Source: a virus. Taken from it: a stretch of DNA of 64,000 nucleotides. The notes under the pieces are model-generated. The model saw only the letters and a program-made list of their open reading frames with translations. It ran no database searches and had not been told where the DNA came from. Position 1 is the first letter of the stretch, and each line of letters starts with the position of its first letter. Below are positions 18,972 to 28,464 of this stretch, one piece after another. The translations under genes were made by a program, and so were the position numbers. The stretch is taken from positions 12,975-76,974 of the IMG/VR virus record IMGVR_UViG_3300021976_000010; one strand, 5' to 3'.

Positions 18972-20119
18972 TGCCGACTGTCAAGCAATTCGGCTTCGCA
19001 CCGGGAGCCGGCGCACTGGCCAATCTTGTCGATGGAAACGACGCGACGTCGTGGACTCCTCTCGCCACGAACTTCAGCGCCTACCCAGCGCAGTTCATGA
19101 CTCCAGACGGCGCGTCGCTGAACTATGGGTCGTCGTTCCCGGCGATTGAATGGGACTTTGGCGAGCCGACACGAGCGGTTTCGCTTAACATCCTTGTCGA
19201 ATCACCACTGACATTGGGGCCTGCGGTCTTGATCGGTTCGGACAATCCCGCAACGTCTACTGCGAACACGTTGCAGTCAGGTGACGTACTCCTCGCAACG
19301 TACAATGCGCAAGAGATTGTCAGTAACAATGTGTTGACCATCGCGTTGACGACCAACTCAGATGTGAGGTTTCGCTACTATCGGTTGCTACAGCGATCGG
19401 CGCTGCCCTCGGTGGCTGTACCCGCCCCAACGAACTCGAAGCCTTATGAGTCAGGGGCTGGCAGTCATGAGGTCGGTCCATATACCGACAAGTTCATCAT
19501 TGAGTTGTGGGGCGCAGGAGCATCGGGTGGTGTATCGGACAATGCGCAGGATGGCGGGAATTCAACGTGCTCGACATACTCGCTAACGGCCGAGGGTGGT
19601 AACAAGGCGACAGCGACGGTTCCGAACGCGGGCACGGGCGCGGGCACAGGTGGCGCAGCATCTGGTGGGAATACTGCCAACATACCGGGCGGTGATGGAT
19701 CACCTCCGTCTCCTGTGAGTCCTTTGCCGGGGTTCTCTGGTAAGGGAGGTGACTGCCCGAACGGGAGTCCCGGCGGGGCGGGGGTCGGCAACAACGGTCA
19801 CCTGAAATACGGCGACAGCCCGTGGGGCTCGAAGGCCAGTAGCGTGGTTATCGGAGGGAGTGATCTGCCCGGCGGCACTGTGACGGGCGCACCGGGCGGC
19901 GGTGGTTCAGGAATGAACCTTTTCAGCGACACCGTACTGCCATCTTGGTACAAGTACCCGGGCGGTGGCGCGGGCGGCTATGTCAAGCATGTCTTGACGA
20001 AAGGCATCGACGGTCCCGACGAAGGCGACTTGATCGCGTTCACGGTCGGAGTTGGTGGTGTCTCTACACAACCTGACGGCGGTGGCGCGAATGGTCGCGC
20101 CCGTTTTAGCTGGACATAA
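18971..20119 (+). CDS. Glycine-rich tail protein
   Basis: ELWGAGASGG, GGGAGGY, VGVGG and GANG.ARFSW Gly-rich motifs; the N-terminus (NLVDGN..TSW, FRYYRL) resembles an F5/8-type domain. Confidence 0.7.
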   Translation: MPTVKQFGFAPGAGALANLVDGNDATSWTPLATNFSAYPAQFMTPDGASLNYGSSFPAIEWDFGEPTRAVSLNILVESPLTLGPAVLIGSDNPATSTANTLQSGDVLLATYNAQEIVSNNVLTIALTTNSDVRFRYYRLLQRSALPSVAVPAPTNSKPYESGAGSHEVGPYTDKFIIELWGAGASGGVSDNAQDGGNSTCSTYSLTAEGGNKATATVPNAGTGAGTGGAASGGNTANIPGGDGSPPSPVSPLPGFSGKGGDCPNGSPGGAGVGNNGHLKYGDSPWGSKASSVVIGGSDLPGGTVTGAPGGGGSGMNLFSDTVLPSWYKYPGGGAGGYVKHVLTKGIDGPDEGDLIAFTVGVGGVSTQPDGGGANGRARFSWT

Positions 20120-20122
20120 AGC

Positions 20123-22303
20123 ATGGCGACGGTCTGGACTACGATTAGCGGCGGGCTCACGCTATCCGACTCTGATCACATAGCAACATCCACGTCGGGC
20201 ATTCAAGGGGCGATCGCAGGACCCGTCAAGTTAGTCGCGGGTGGCGGCAAGTGGTACTTGGAGTTCCAGGTTGAGTTCGCCACTGACACCTGCGTTCTCG
20301 CCATTGCTGACGCGCGATACACGACGGCGGCCGTTGGGCCGCCCGTCGCCGAGACCTATCTGTTCGTGAACAACGGCTTCACCGCGTGCTTTGGTACAAC
20401 TGCTACGAACGGAGCGGTGACAACGGCTCAAGTCGATTTCGCGGTTGATCTTTCTGTGACTCCCAACAGATTTTATCACCGCATCAACAATGGAGCTTGG
20501 CAGTTCGCCGGTAATCCCGCCGCTGGCACTGGAGGCATGACACCGGGCGGCGGCGGTCCGCCGCAGACGCATCTAAAGCCTGTCGTCTATCTGGGCGCGA
20601 CGGGGCGTGACTGCACGATCAATTGCGGTGATCGTCCTTTCGTCAACACGCCACCAGTCGGCTTTTCTGCATGGGACTCGGTGTCACCCGATGGAAACGC
20701 GGTAGGCACCACTCAGACCGTGACGGCCTCGCTGATCGCGGGAAGCGCATCGATCGACGGCGTGATCCCCGGAGCGGTGTTGACTGTGACCGTCAGCTTC
20801 GTGGACGGCGGCACGGGTGCAAGCATTCTAGGCGCGACGCTGACAACGACGGTCTCCCTCATTGCGGGCGAGACCAAAACGCAAGCGATCGACGGCACTC
20901 CAATCTACGAGACTACTTTTGGTGTTGCTGTTATCAACCGATACCAAGAAGCAGACTACGATTCGATGTTCTCGAAGGGTCGTCGTCTGCAAAGCGGTCT
21001 CATCACGGCTGGAGATTACGGTTGGACCCTTGGGTCTGGTTCAGGTGTATCTGCGTTCGACAATAATCTGGGCGCAGCCGCAGGCAACGGTCCGGCATGG
21101 GGAGGTCCATACGGCGGTACACTTTGGTTCCACGCGATCGTGCCTCTTGACATTCAAGGGTTCAGGCTCATTGGTACAGAAGATATCGCCGCCGAGTCGA
21201 CGGGCATATGGGAGTTCAAGGGTGCGTTTGGTGTAGGCAATGCCGCCCCGGAGTCATTCGCTGAAGAGTTTGACGCCTTTGTCGCGCAACAGGGGCCGGA
21301 CGTAACGTCATCAGGAATGTCTTTCACTGAATTCTTGATGACCCCACGATCGCCGGTCCTGTACGAATACTGGGAGATGACCTATGTTGCGGGCACGCGA
21401 AGCGGTGCACGCTTCTGCAATGAAATCGAACTCAAGATCAGCCACTCGAACCTTGATGGTGGCGACCGGCGGTCAACGAACGGCAGACCAGAGAAGCGTT
21501 GCGTCTTCACGATGTCGACGGATTGGGCGTACTCTACTGCCTCTCTCATCATCAATCCACAAGATGCGCTGTTCGATGGACGGCACTTCTACGATAACGC
21601 AGGCGACTCATCGAAGGTTGGTCACCAAGCTGCGATTGGTAGAGCGGTCGGTGTGCCAATCGGTAATCCCTTGTCAGTCGTCGGTGCGTGGCTCCAGTTC
21701 GTGTTCCCACGGCCCGTGATCATGCAGCGACTCATGTTCGTGACGTTCAACACGGATGGTGAAGTCTATGACTCCGGAGACGAGCCGACAATGTTCGGCA
21801 GATGGCATTGGGAGATCTCGAAGAACGAGGGTACGACATGGGCACAGGTCGGCTCGTCGTGGTCGTTTTGCGAGGGTGCCGACATGGTGGCCCCGCGCGA
21901 TCTGTCGCCGTTCGATATCGACCGGTCAGACGCGGGCACAGGAGCGGACGGTGTGTCGCACTGGCGCATGGTCCTCGAGGAGGGGCCAGCGTTCGGGTTC
22001 AGCGAGATACTGGATCAAATCGTGTTCGATCTGTACGACGCCACGGGGCTCGCACCTCTCTACACTGTCGACTTCACGGATGACGTTGATGGGGAGCCAG
22101 TCGTATTTATCCCGGGTGCCGCCGGCTCAGAATATGAAGTCGCATTCTCCGATGGGTCCGATGACAAGTTGACGTTCGTGTTTGAGAACACACCTAATCC
22201 CGTGTTGACCGTTCACTTTGACGACGGAGCAACATTCGACACGTGGTCTGACCTGTATCCATCGGTGGTGGTGCAGACAATCTTGGTAACGACAGGAAGA
22301 TGA
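20123..22303 (+). CDS. Putative receptor-binding / tail fibre protein (SPRY-like N-terminus)
   Basis: GKWYLEF...AVDL...INCG..PF..TPP.GFSAW SPRY-like pattern; last large tail gene. Confidence 0.65.
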   Translation: MATVWTTISGGLTLSDSDHIATSTSGIQGAIAGPVKLVAGGGKWYLEFQVEFATDTCVLAIADARYTTAAVGPPVAETYLFVNNGFTACFGTTATNGAVTTAQVDFAVDLSVTPNRFYHRINNGAWQFAGNPAAGTGGMTPGGGGPPQTHLKPVVYLGATGRDCTINCGDRPFVNTPPVGFSAWDSVSPDGNAVGTTQTVTASLIAGSASIDGVIPGAVLTVTVSFVDGGTGASILGATLTTTVSLIAGETKTQAIDGTPIYETTFGVAVINRYQEADYDSMFSKGRRLQSGLITAGDYGWTLGSGSGVSAFDNNLGAAAGNGPAWGGPYGGTLWFHAIVPLDIQGFRLIGTEDIAAESTGIWEFKGAFGVGNAAPESFAEEFDAFVAQQGPDVTSSGMSFTEFLMTPRSPVLYEYWEMTYVAGTRSGARFCNEIELKISHSNLDGGDRRSTNGRPEKRCVFTMSTDWAYSTASLIINPQDALFDGRHFYDNAGDSSKVGHQAAIGRAVGVPIGNPLSVVGAWLQFVFPRPVIMQRLMFVTFNTDGEVYDSGDEPTMFGRWHWEISKNEGTTWAQVGSSWSFCEGADMVAPRDLSPFDIDRSDAGTGADGVSHWRMVLEEGPAFGFSEILDQIVFDLYDATGLAPLYTVDFTDDVDGEPVVFIPGAAGSEYEVAFSDGSDDKLTFVFENTPNPVLTVHFDDGATFDTWSDLYPSVVVQTILVTTGR

Positions 22304-22304
22304 G

Positions 22305-23324
22305 ATGAAAGAGAACCGACACAAGGCACTGGCCATCGAACTGAAGTTCGAGGGCGGCAAGGATGACGATCCGATCGATCCCGGTGGACGCACCAATCAG
22401 GGCGTTATCCAGCGAGTCTATGCGGCGTGGCGCAGGAAGAAGGGTCTGCCAGCGCGCGACGTGTTCTTGATGGAGAACGCCGAGCGTGACGAGATCTACT
22501 TCGACAACTACTTCGCCAAGGTCCGGTTCGACGAGCTACCGCCCGGTGTTGACGTAGTCGTCGTCGACGGTGCGATCAACAGCGGACCGGCTCAGTCGAT
22601 CAAGTGGGTTCAGCGCGCGCTGGGCATTCAGGCAGACGGTGTTCTCGGTGATGTCACCATGGAGCGCATTCTGTCGCACGAGAACCACGACGCGCTCATC
22701 GCTGGTATTCTCGAGCGGCGCATGGCGTTTCTCCGCGCACTCAAGACGTTCTATCACTTCGGCAAGGGCTGGACATCGCGTGTCAACCAGCTCAGGCAGG
22801 TTGGTCAGTCTTGGGCCATGGGCAACGTCGGGCCTCCGGTCGTGTTCGTCGCGAACGGTAACAAGAAGGCGACCATCGTGGACGCCAAGAAGATCCCGTC
22901 CACGGCACCGGCCGATGCGACGGCAGCGGGCGGCACCGTCTCGACGGGCCTGTCCACTGCGCAGTCCGTGTTCGAGCCGCTGTCTGGCCGGTCCGACACT
23001 ATCGACACCATTCTCATGGTGCTGATCGTAGTGGGTATCGCACTGACCGCGTTCGGTCTCGCGTATGGATATTGGGTCCGCAGCAAGCGCAGCGAGCTCA
23101 ACGACGTTCTCGATCTGCAGCCCATGAACCCGGGCGTGGCAGACAACGACAACCTGCCCGCGGAAGTTCTCCGCGAGTACAAGGACCCATACGCGCGGGG
23201 CAGCGAGACCGGCAACATGGCACCGGGCACTGTCACCGCGTCTGGTCGCACTGAAGGCGACACGGAAGTTCGTGTCAACGCTCCACAGCCTGTTCCCGAG
23301 ATCAAGCAGGACAAGGCCGCGTAA
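22305..23324 (+). CDS. Endolysin, glycoside hydrolase family 108, with peptidoglycan-binding domain and C-terminal membrane segment
   Basis: EGG..D.P.DPGG.TN.G, D.AINSG, Q.DG.LG and FGKGW..RV motifs; TM segment ILMVLIVVGIALTAFGLAYGYW. Confidence 0.9.
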   Translation: MKENRHKALAIELKFEGGKDDDPIDPGGRTNQGVIQRVYAAWRRKKGLPARDVFLMENAERDEIYFDNYFAKVRFDELPPGVDVVVVDGAINSGPAQSIKWVQRALGIQADGVLGDVTMERILSHENHDALIAGILERRMAFLRALKTFYHFGKGWTSRVNQLRQVGQSWAMGNVGPPVVFVANGNKKATIVDAKKIPSTAPADATAAGGTVSTGLSTAQSVFEPLSGRSDTIDTILMVLIVVGIALTAFGLAYGYWVRSKRSELNDVLDLQPMNPGVADNDNLPAEVLREYKDPYARGSETGNMAPGTVTASGRTEGDTEVRVNAPQPVPEIKQDKAA

Positions 23325-23390
23325 CGCAGTCGCAATCGCGAGGGGCTCGGCTTCAACTCCGAGTCCCCCGCTTCACCGGAGGATATCACG

Positions 23391-23732
23391 ATGGACTGGT
23401 TCGGCCTGTTTCTGGGATGGGTGCCGTTATGGGTGTGGATCACGCTCACTGTTCTAGCTGCTATCCCCACTCTATATTTCTTTGGACCGATTCTTCTACC
23501 GATATGGCGCATGCTGCCGACGTGGCTTCAGGCGTTGCTACTTGGCATTGGAGCCGCGCTGCTCGCATGGGCCGGGGGACGCTACACGGGCGCGAAGACT
23601 GAGCGAGACGAGCAGAAGCGGCGCGACGCCAACGCGCTGCGCAACAGAGCAGAGGTGGATCGAGATGTCGGGAACTTATCGAACAAGGATCTTCGCGATC
23701 GGCTTAATCGTTGGAATCGCCCTGATGACTAG
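23391..23732 (+). CDS. Inner-membrane spanin-like protein
   Basis: GGAGG RBS; N-terminal TM segments then a charged helix; overlapped at its 3' end by a lipoprotein gene. Confidence 0.6.
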   Translation: MDWFGLFLGWVPLWVWITLTVLAAIPTLYFFGPILLPIWRMLPTWLQALLLGIGAALLAWAGGRYTGAKTERDEQKRRDANALRNRAEVDRDVGNLSNKDLRDRLNRWNRPDD

Positions 23733-23871
23733 CGGGTGCGGTCACTTCTCGTGCGCGGGTTTCCATGAATTTCGTCCGTCACCAAAAGACGTACTCACCG
23801 ACGGCACAGCACAGCAGATGCTTGCTCACAATGAGTACGGTGCAAAGCAGGGATGCTGGAAGGCTAGATAG
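23665..23871 (+). CDS. Outer-membrane spanin-like lipoprotein
   Basis: ATG at 23665 with GAGGTGG upstream; MSGTYRTRIFAIGLIVGIALMTSG-C lipobox; HNE.G...GCW C-terminus. Confidence 0.7.
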   Translation: MSGTYRTRIFAIGLIVGIALMTSGCGHFSCAGFHEFRPSPKDVLTDGTAQQMLAHNEYGAKQGCWKAR

Positions 23872-23873
23872 AA

Positions 23874-24443
23874 ATGCCAGAGTGGATCACTCACCTCCTG
23901 AAAGAGATGGGAGTGCCCGGTGGAATCATATTCGTACTGATGAGCGTCGTGGGCATAGAGTCGGAGATCATTCGTCGACTCATTGCGCACGCGAGCAAGG
24001 TGTACGGCTATCGACTGACTGAGCGCGATACGCTGAACAAGGCCCTGACCGACACCGCTAAGGTGCTGGCTGACATGCTGGAGGCGACGAAGGATCGCAA
24101 CGACCTGACCGAAGATCAGGCCGAGCTCATCGCGAAGCAGAGCGCGGCGTTTGAATTATTGAAAGTTACGATTCTCGCTCAGTATGAGAACATCAAGGAT
24201 AATAACCACGTGGTCGCGCAGTCTGTTTCTGCAATGGCCGAAGCGATTCGGTCACTCAGCGCCATGGTGGTGGACAACCGAAACACGACAGCTCACCAAG
24301 TCACAGAGCTGAAGGCGGCGGTTGCTAATGCCACGGCTGAGATTCGCGAGGCTGTCCGCGTGGCCAATCAGGCACAGATCGTCGAGATACGCACTATTCT
24401 CGGGGCTGAAATAACAGTAGTCAGGAGAGTGCCTCGCAAATGA
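23874..24443 (+). CDS. Membrane-anchored coiled-coil protein (lysis region)
   Basis: N-terminal hydrophobic segment GVPGGIIFVLMSVVGI followed by a long helix. Confidence 0.55.
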   Translation: MPEWITHLLKEMGVPGGIIFVLMSVVGIESEIIRRLIAHASKVYGYRLTERDTLNKALTDTAKVLADMLEATKDRNDLTEDQAELIAKQSAAFELLKVTILAQYENIKDNNHVVAQSVSAMAEAIRSLSAMVVDNRNTTAHQVTELKAAVANATAEIREAVRVANQAQIVEIRTILGAEITVVRRVPRK

Positions 24444-24709
24444 TATGGATGGACAAGATCCTCAAGAAACTCGGCTTCATGCCCAAGTTCACCGAGGATG
24501 ACATAATCAACGCGTCGACAGAGGACGCGGCCCGTGTGCACGAGACGGCGGTGAGCCGGCTGCACGAGGCAACGCAGCGACGGATGAAGGGCAATGATGC
24601 CCTCCGTCAATCTTTGATAATCGCGAAGATTCGGACAAATTCGTTCGAAGACTTTGAGCGGCAGGTGCAGCAGAGGGAACCAAAACGAAATGTACGACGC
24701 AGTGACTAA
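24440..24709 (+). CDS. Hypothetical protein
   Basis: ATGA overlap with GGAG RBS. Confidence 0.5.
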   Translation: MIWMDKILKKLGFMPKFTEDDIINASTEDAARVHETAVSRLHEATQRRMKGNDALRQSLIIAKIRTNSFEDFERQVQQREPKRNVRRSD

Positions 24710-25133
24710 CAATCTACTCATACGAGAATGGTTGAATGGTTCGCTGTTTCCGTTGTGTGGAAATCTGGCATTCATCATTCTTGTGTTTTTGGTGCACAGT
24801 TTCCGCTATCGAGATCAGAGATCGTGGTGGAAAATGCCGGGTGTTCCGACGGGGTGTGCTCTGTTCTGGGTCTTCGCAATGGAGACAGTCCGGGCGGGCT
24901 GGATCTGGTGGATACTCCGCGAGACCAATGACGGCAATCAGGTCGCACAGTGGGTTCGCGAGTTCTCCAACTATTCATTCGTCGCTGCGGCGACGGTGCT
25001 GGCCGCGACGATCTTGCGGTGCACCTATCTCTGGTCGCCGCCCAAGTGGCAGCGCGGTTTCTGGATCTACTCTGCCGCGTCTACGATCATCTTTCTTTTC
25101 ATCTCGCACTACTCACCTCAGACAGGAAACTAA
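24690..25133 (+). CDS. Multi-pass membrane protein (holin candidate)
   Basis: About four hydrophobic segments; in the lysis region. Confidence 0.5.
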   Translation: MYDAVTNNLLIREWLNGSLFPLCGNLAFIILVFLVHSFRYRDQRSWWKMPGVPTGCALFWVFAMETVRAGWIWWILRETNDGNQVAQWVREFSNYSFVAAATVLAATILRCTYLWSPPKWQRGFWIYSAASTIIFLFISHYSPQTGN

Positions 25134-25136
25134 AAG

Positions 25137-25547
25137 ATGGCTTCTGATCTCTCTGCCTACTTCGGCAACAAAATCACACGGTGGTTGAACGGCAATGCCA
25201 TGCCGACCGCCCCGACAAACCTCTACATCGCGTTGTTCAACGGCAACCCAAAGACGTCTGGGGTAGAAGTTGGAGGCACGGTCAATTCTGGTTCGCCACG
25301 TATCGAGGTCACGTTTGCTGACGTGGCCTTGGGTGCCGCGCATCTGCTGACGTCGGACATTGCTGTCGACTTCGGCAACGCCGAGGCAGCTGCGACGTTC
25401 TCCCACATCGCGCTGATGGACGATGATACGGCGGGGAATCTACTGGCCTCGAAGCCGACGTCGGGCGGCCCCGTCAGCGTGCTCATCAACTCGCTCGTGA
25501 AGTTTCAGGCGGGCGGTATCACGTTCAACGTGGGCTCCGACGCCTAG
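25137..25547 (+). CDS. Small tail-associated structural protein
   Basis: MP.APT.LYIALF..NP...G.EV.G and R..VTF motif family found in phage tail modules. Confidence 0.65.
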   Translation: MASDLSAYFGNKITRWLNGNAMPTAPTNLYIALFNGNPKTSGVEVGGTVNSGSPRIEVTFADVALGAAHLLTSDIAVDFGNAEAAATFSHIALMDDDTAGNLLASKPTSGGPVSVLINSLVKFQAGGITFNVGSDA

Positions 25548-25850
25548 CGCGCTCACCGGCGCGCGGCGGGCAGGCGCGCACCCGCACGCGTAGCGCCCGC
25601 GCGTGCGCGAGGGCTGGGGGCGGCCTGCCAGCCCGGGGCACCTTGCCCCGGGGCCGCCCGGGCGGGCTAGGGGCGGGGCTGGCAGGGCCGCCAGAGCCCG
25701 TTTCCGGGGCGCGTGGTGCGCGCAATTGGCCCGGGGGCTGGCCTAGTACCGGGCATTCCCAGCACTGAATCCCTTGCCAGCCTAATGTGATCCTAGAAGG
25801 GTGCGGCAAACCGCCACACTTGGCCGCCCGGGGCCGCCCGGGCGCAACCT
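25548..25850. repeat. Extremely GC-rich convergent intergenic region with CCCGGGGCCG copies
   Basis: CCCGGGGCCG at 25647-25656 and 25827-25836; GCCTAGTACC at 25741-25750. Confidence 0.7.
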
Positions 25851-25854
25851 AACG

Positions 25855-27375
25855 TTATATCCAAGCCCGCATACGCTCACCCGTTACCTGCGTCGCCAAG
25901 TCATACTTATTGCGCAGGGCCGTCACGAAACGATAGTCGATAGTTCCCTCTGTCATCAGGTCCATGTACGTGACTCGATGAAGCTGCCCCTTGCGATGAG
26001 TGCGGTCCTCAGATTGTTGCCGCTGCTCCAAGTCGTAAGTGTTTGAGTCGTAGATGTTGAGGTTCGCGTTGACCCAAGTGTTGCCACGCATGCCCGCACC
26101 CTGCGACGCTATCATTATCACGCACTCGGGATCACCGAGGAACCGCGCCTCTTCCAGATGGCGCGTCGACCGATTCTGGCCGTAGAATTTTGCTACCGCC
26201 TTCGGTCCATACTCCTTCTTCAACTTCTTTTCCAGCATCTCTATCCGGTGAATGAACGGGCTCCAGATAATCACCTTGCCCGTGTGCTCGTCGATGATAT
26301 TGATGATCTCCTGCGTGCGGTTCTCCGGCAGGTCACGTATGACGCCCTCGTCGTCCATGACGTAGCCCAGATTGATCTGATGCAGTCGTATCATCATCTG
26401 GAGCATCATGTCAACGGAGACGTAGTGACCGCGCGCAATCTCTGTCGTCGCATTCTCCTTCAGCTCCTTGTACGCCCGAGCCTGCTCCTTGGTGTGCTGC
26501 ACGTCGCGCGTCATGAACATCTTCGGCTCGAGGTCGAGGCACTCCTCCTTGAGCACGCGATAACTGTACGGCGCGATGCGCTCGTGTATCTCCTCGATGT
26601 TCTTGTAGCCGACGATCACCTCGATCTTGCGCCCGGTGCCCTCGACCTGCTCGCCGCCGTCGTCATAGTCCGCATCGACGATCATCTTCTTCGTGATGGC
26701 GTATTTCTTCTTGAAGCCGAAGAACGAGGGGCTACCTAAAATTTTCCAATCCAAAAAGTTGAATTGACCCCACGCGTCGAGTGGTGATCGAGGGGTGAGC
26801 AGCCCGGTGAGAATTCGTCGGCACGCCGCGCGCTTCCCAACGTTGGTGATGTAGCGCCCGCGCAGACTGTCGCCGTTCTTGATCGTGGTGCTCTCGTCGA
26901 CAGCCATGTAGACGTCGCCGCTCTCGAGATACGCCTCCACTAGGTCCTGCGCCTTCTCGACGGTGGACAGTGCCTCGACATTGACGAACAGCGCCCGGGG
27001 CCTGTCGCGTACGCGCAGGAACTCCGAGAGGCTGTCGCGGTGCGCAACACCCGCACCGCTTCGCCAGTGATTGACGAGCATGCGCTCGCGCAGCTCGTCG
27101 GGCAGGTGCACGTCCAGCTCCGAGTTTGCCAGTCCATTCTTGCCCGCGAACCAGTTACGATACGAGCCGGCAGGCGCTATCACCAGCAGATTTGGCAGCT
27201 CGGCATTCACAGCCCCCGCTCCCCACTCATCCAGAACGACCTTCGACTTGCCGGTGCCCATGTCCATGAGATACGCGAAGTTGTCGTCTCGTGACGGCTT
27301 CGATGGTGCGTTGTACGCCGCGAGTCGAGCCTTCACCTGATGTGCCATCGGCACGGTCTTGGGAACGTAGAGCAT
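25855..27375 (-). CDS. SNF2-family (SF2) helicase
   Basis: MDMGTGKS, VDEST.IKN, LTG.L.P, G.RGNT and QSEDRTHRKGQ motifs. Confidence 0.93.
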   Translation of the reverse strand: MLYVPKTVPMAHQVKARLAAYNAPSKPSRDDNFAYLMDMGTGKSKVVLDEWGAGAVNAELPNLLVIAPAGSYRNWFAGKNGLANSELDVHLPDELRERMLVNHWRSGAGVAHRDSLSEFLRVRDRPRALFVNVEALSTVEKAQDLVEAYLESGDVYMAVDESTTIKNGDSLRGRYITNVGKRAACRRILTGLLTPRSPLDAWGQFNFLDWKILGSPSFFGFKKKYAITKKMIVDADYDDGGEQVEGTGRKIEVIVGYKNIEEIHERIAPYSYRVLKEECLDLEPKMFMTRDVQHTKEQARAYKELKENATTEIARGHYVSVDMMLQMMIRLHQINLGYVMDDEGVIRDLPENRTQEIINIIDEHTGKVIIWSPFIHRIEMLEKKLKKEYGPKAVAKFYGQNRSTRHLEEARFLGDPECVIMIASQGAGMRGNTWVNANLNIYDSNTYDLEQRQQSEDRTHRKGQLHRVTYMDLMTEGTIDYRFVTALRNKYDLATQVTGERMRAWI

Positions 27376-27410
27376 TTGAAACTCGCAGTGAGCGGGGGGA
27401 CTGGCTGCAC

Positions 27411-27439
27411 AGCATGCCAGCCTTCCGGGGCCAGAACAA
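27411..27439 (-). promoter_or_regulatory. Conserved phage promoter motif upstream of the SNF2 gene
   Basis: TTGTTC-TGGCCCCGGAAGGCTGG-CATGCT on the minus strand. Confidence 0.6.
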
Positions 27440-27558
27440 GGGTAGCGGTTTGAAAACCCCTAACGCGGGCGCGCGCCCTCTATGCGCGTGTGCAACGTAC
27501 ACGGATACGCACCGACGAGCGCGCGTATAGGCCCCCGTTGTTCTGTTTTGCTGGGGGC

Positions 27559-27587
27559 TTGTTCTGGCGCGCGGTGCGTGGCACATT
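27559..27587 (+). promoter_or_regulatory. Conserved phage promoter motif
   Basis: TTGTTC-TGGCGCGCGGTGCGTGG-CACATT. Confidence 0.55.
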
Positions 27588-27728
27588 GGTTTCGCGGCAT
27601 TGGGTTGAGCGCCAATGTGGTAGCGAGCAGGGGTCGCACGGCATGTTTCCACAGGTGCCGCTGCGGCCCCTGTTTTATTGGGCCGCCCGCACCGCTGCGT
27701 CTGTTATGCACAGGGCAAACACTCCAGG

Positions 27729-27757
27729 TTTTTCTGGTGCGTGTCTTGTGGCATACT
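27729..27757 (+). promoter_or_regulatory. Conserved phage promoter motif upstream of the replication operon
   Basis: TTTTTC-TGGTGCGTGTCTTGTGG-CATACT. Confidence 0.6.
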
Positions 27758-27803
27758 ATGCGCCCGGTTTGCATTGGCACCCGGCGCTCACTGTGGAGAT
27801 CAA

Positions 27804-28460
27804 ATGGCAAAGGCAGGCGAAGACGTACTCGCGTTGATGCGCGCGAGCGCTACGAAACCGGCATCAGCTGACAAACTCGACAAGCTCCGTATCAAGATAG
27901 CCGAGCTGCGCGAAATTGAGGTGGAGCGCGTGTCGCTCGCCGAGCGGAGTGCGGAGTTAGGCAAGCGTGTCTTCGAGATTCAGACCAAGGAGCTGGTCGA
28001 TCTGTTCGACGCGGCGAAGGTCGATAACGTCGGCATCCCAGAGGAGGGCAACCTGCCCGCCTACAACATGGAGGTCGGCTGGAACTACAAGGCGAACATC
28101 GGCACGCCAGCCGATCCAAAGGTGGATGACTTCAACAAGGCCATCGCCTACATAAAGAAACACGAACCGGACATGGTGAAGACCACGTATGTCATCGAGT
28201 TCGGTCTTGGTGAGGAGGACAAGCGCAAGAAGTTTGAAGACCTGCTCAAGAAGCAGAAATACGAGTACTCGTCAAGTTTCGGCGTGCCGTGGAACACCCT
28301 CACGGCATGGGTGAGAGAGCAGATTGAGGTTCACAAGAAATCACCGCCCCTCAAGCTGCTCGGTGCGACGGTCGAGCGTACAGCGCGACTGATCAAGCCA
28401 AAGGCCACTAGGGCCAAGAAGGCGGTTTCAGACGCAAGATCAACCCCGAAGAAAGGCTAG
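27804..28460 (+). CDS. Conserved phage replication-module protein
   Basis: GGAG RBS; V.WNTL.AWVRE motif; precedes the SSB-like gene. Confidence 0.65.
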   Translation: MAKAGEDVLALMRASATKPASADKLDKLRIKIAELREIEVERVSLAERSAELGKRVFEIQTKELVDLFDAAKVDNVGIPEEGNLPAYNMEVGWNYKANIGTPADPKVDDFNKAIAYIKKHEPDMVKTTYVIEFGLGEEDKRKKFEDLLKKQKYEYSSSFGVPWNTLTAWVREQIEVHKKSPPLKLLGATVERTARLIKPKATRAKKAVSDARSTPKKG

Positions 28461-28464
28461 TAAG

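Noticed and set aside
18971-22303. Diversity-generating retroelement or invertible tail-fibre system
   Set aside because: No reverse transcriptase, recombinase, or template/variable repeat pair was seen.
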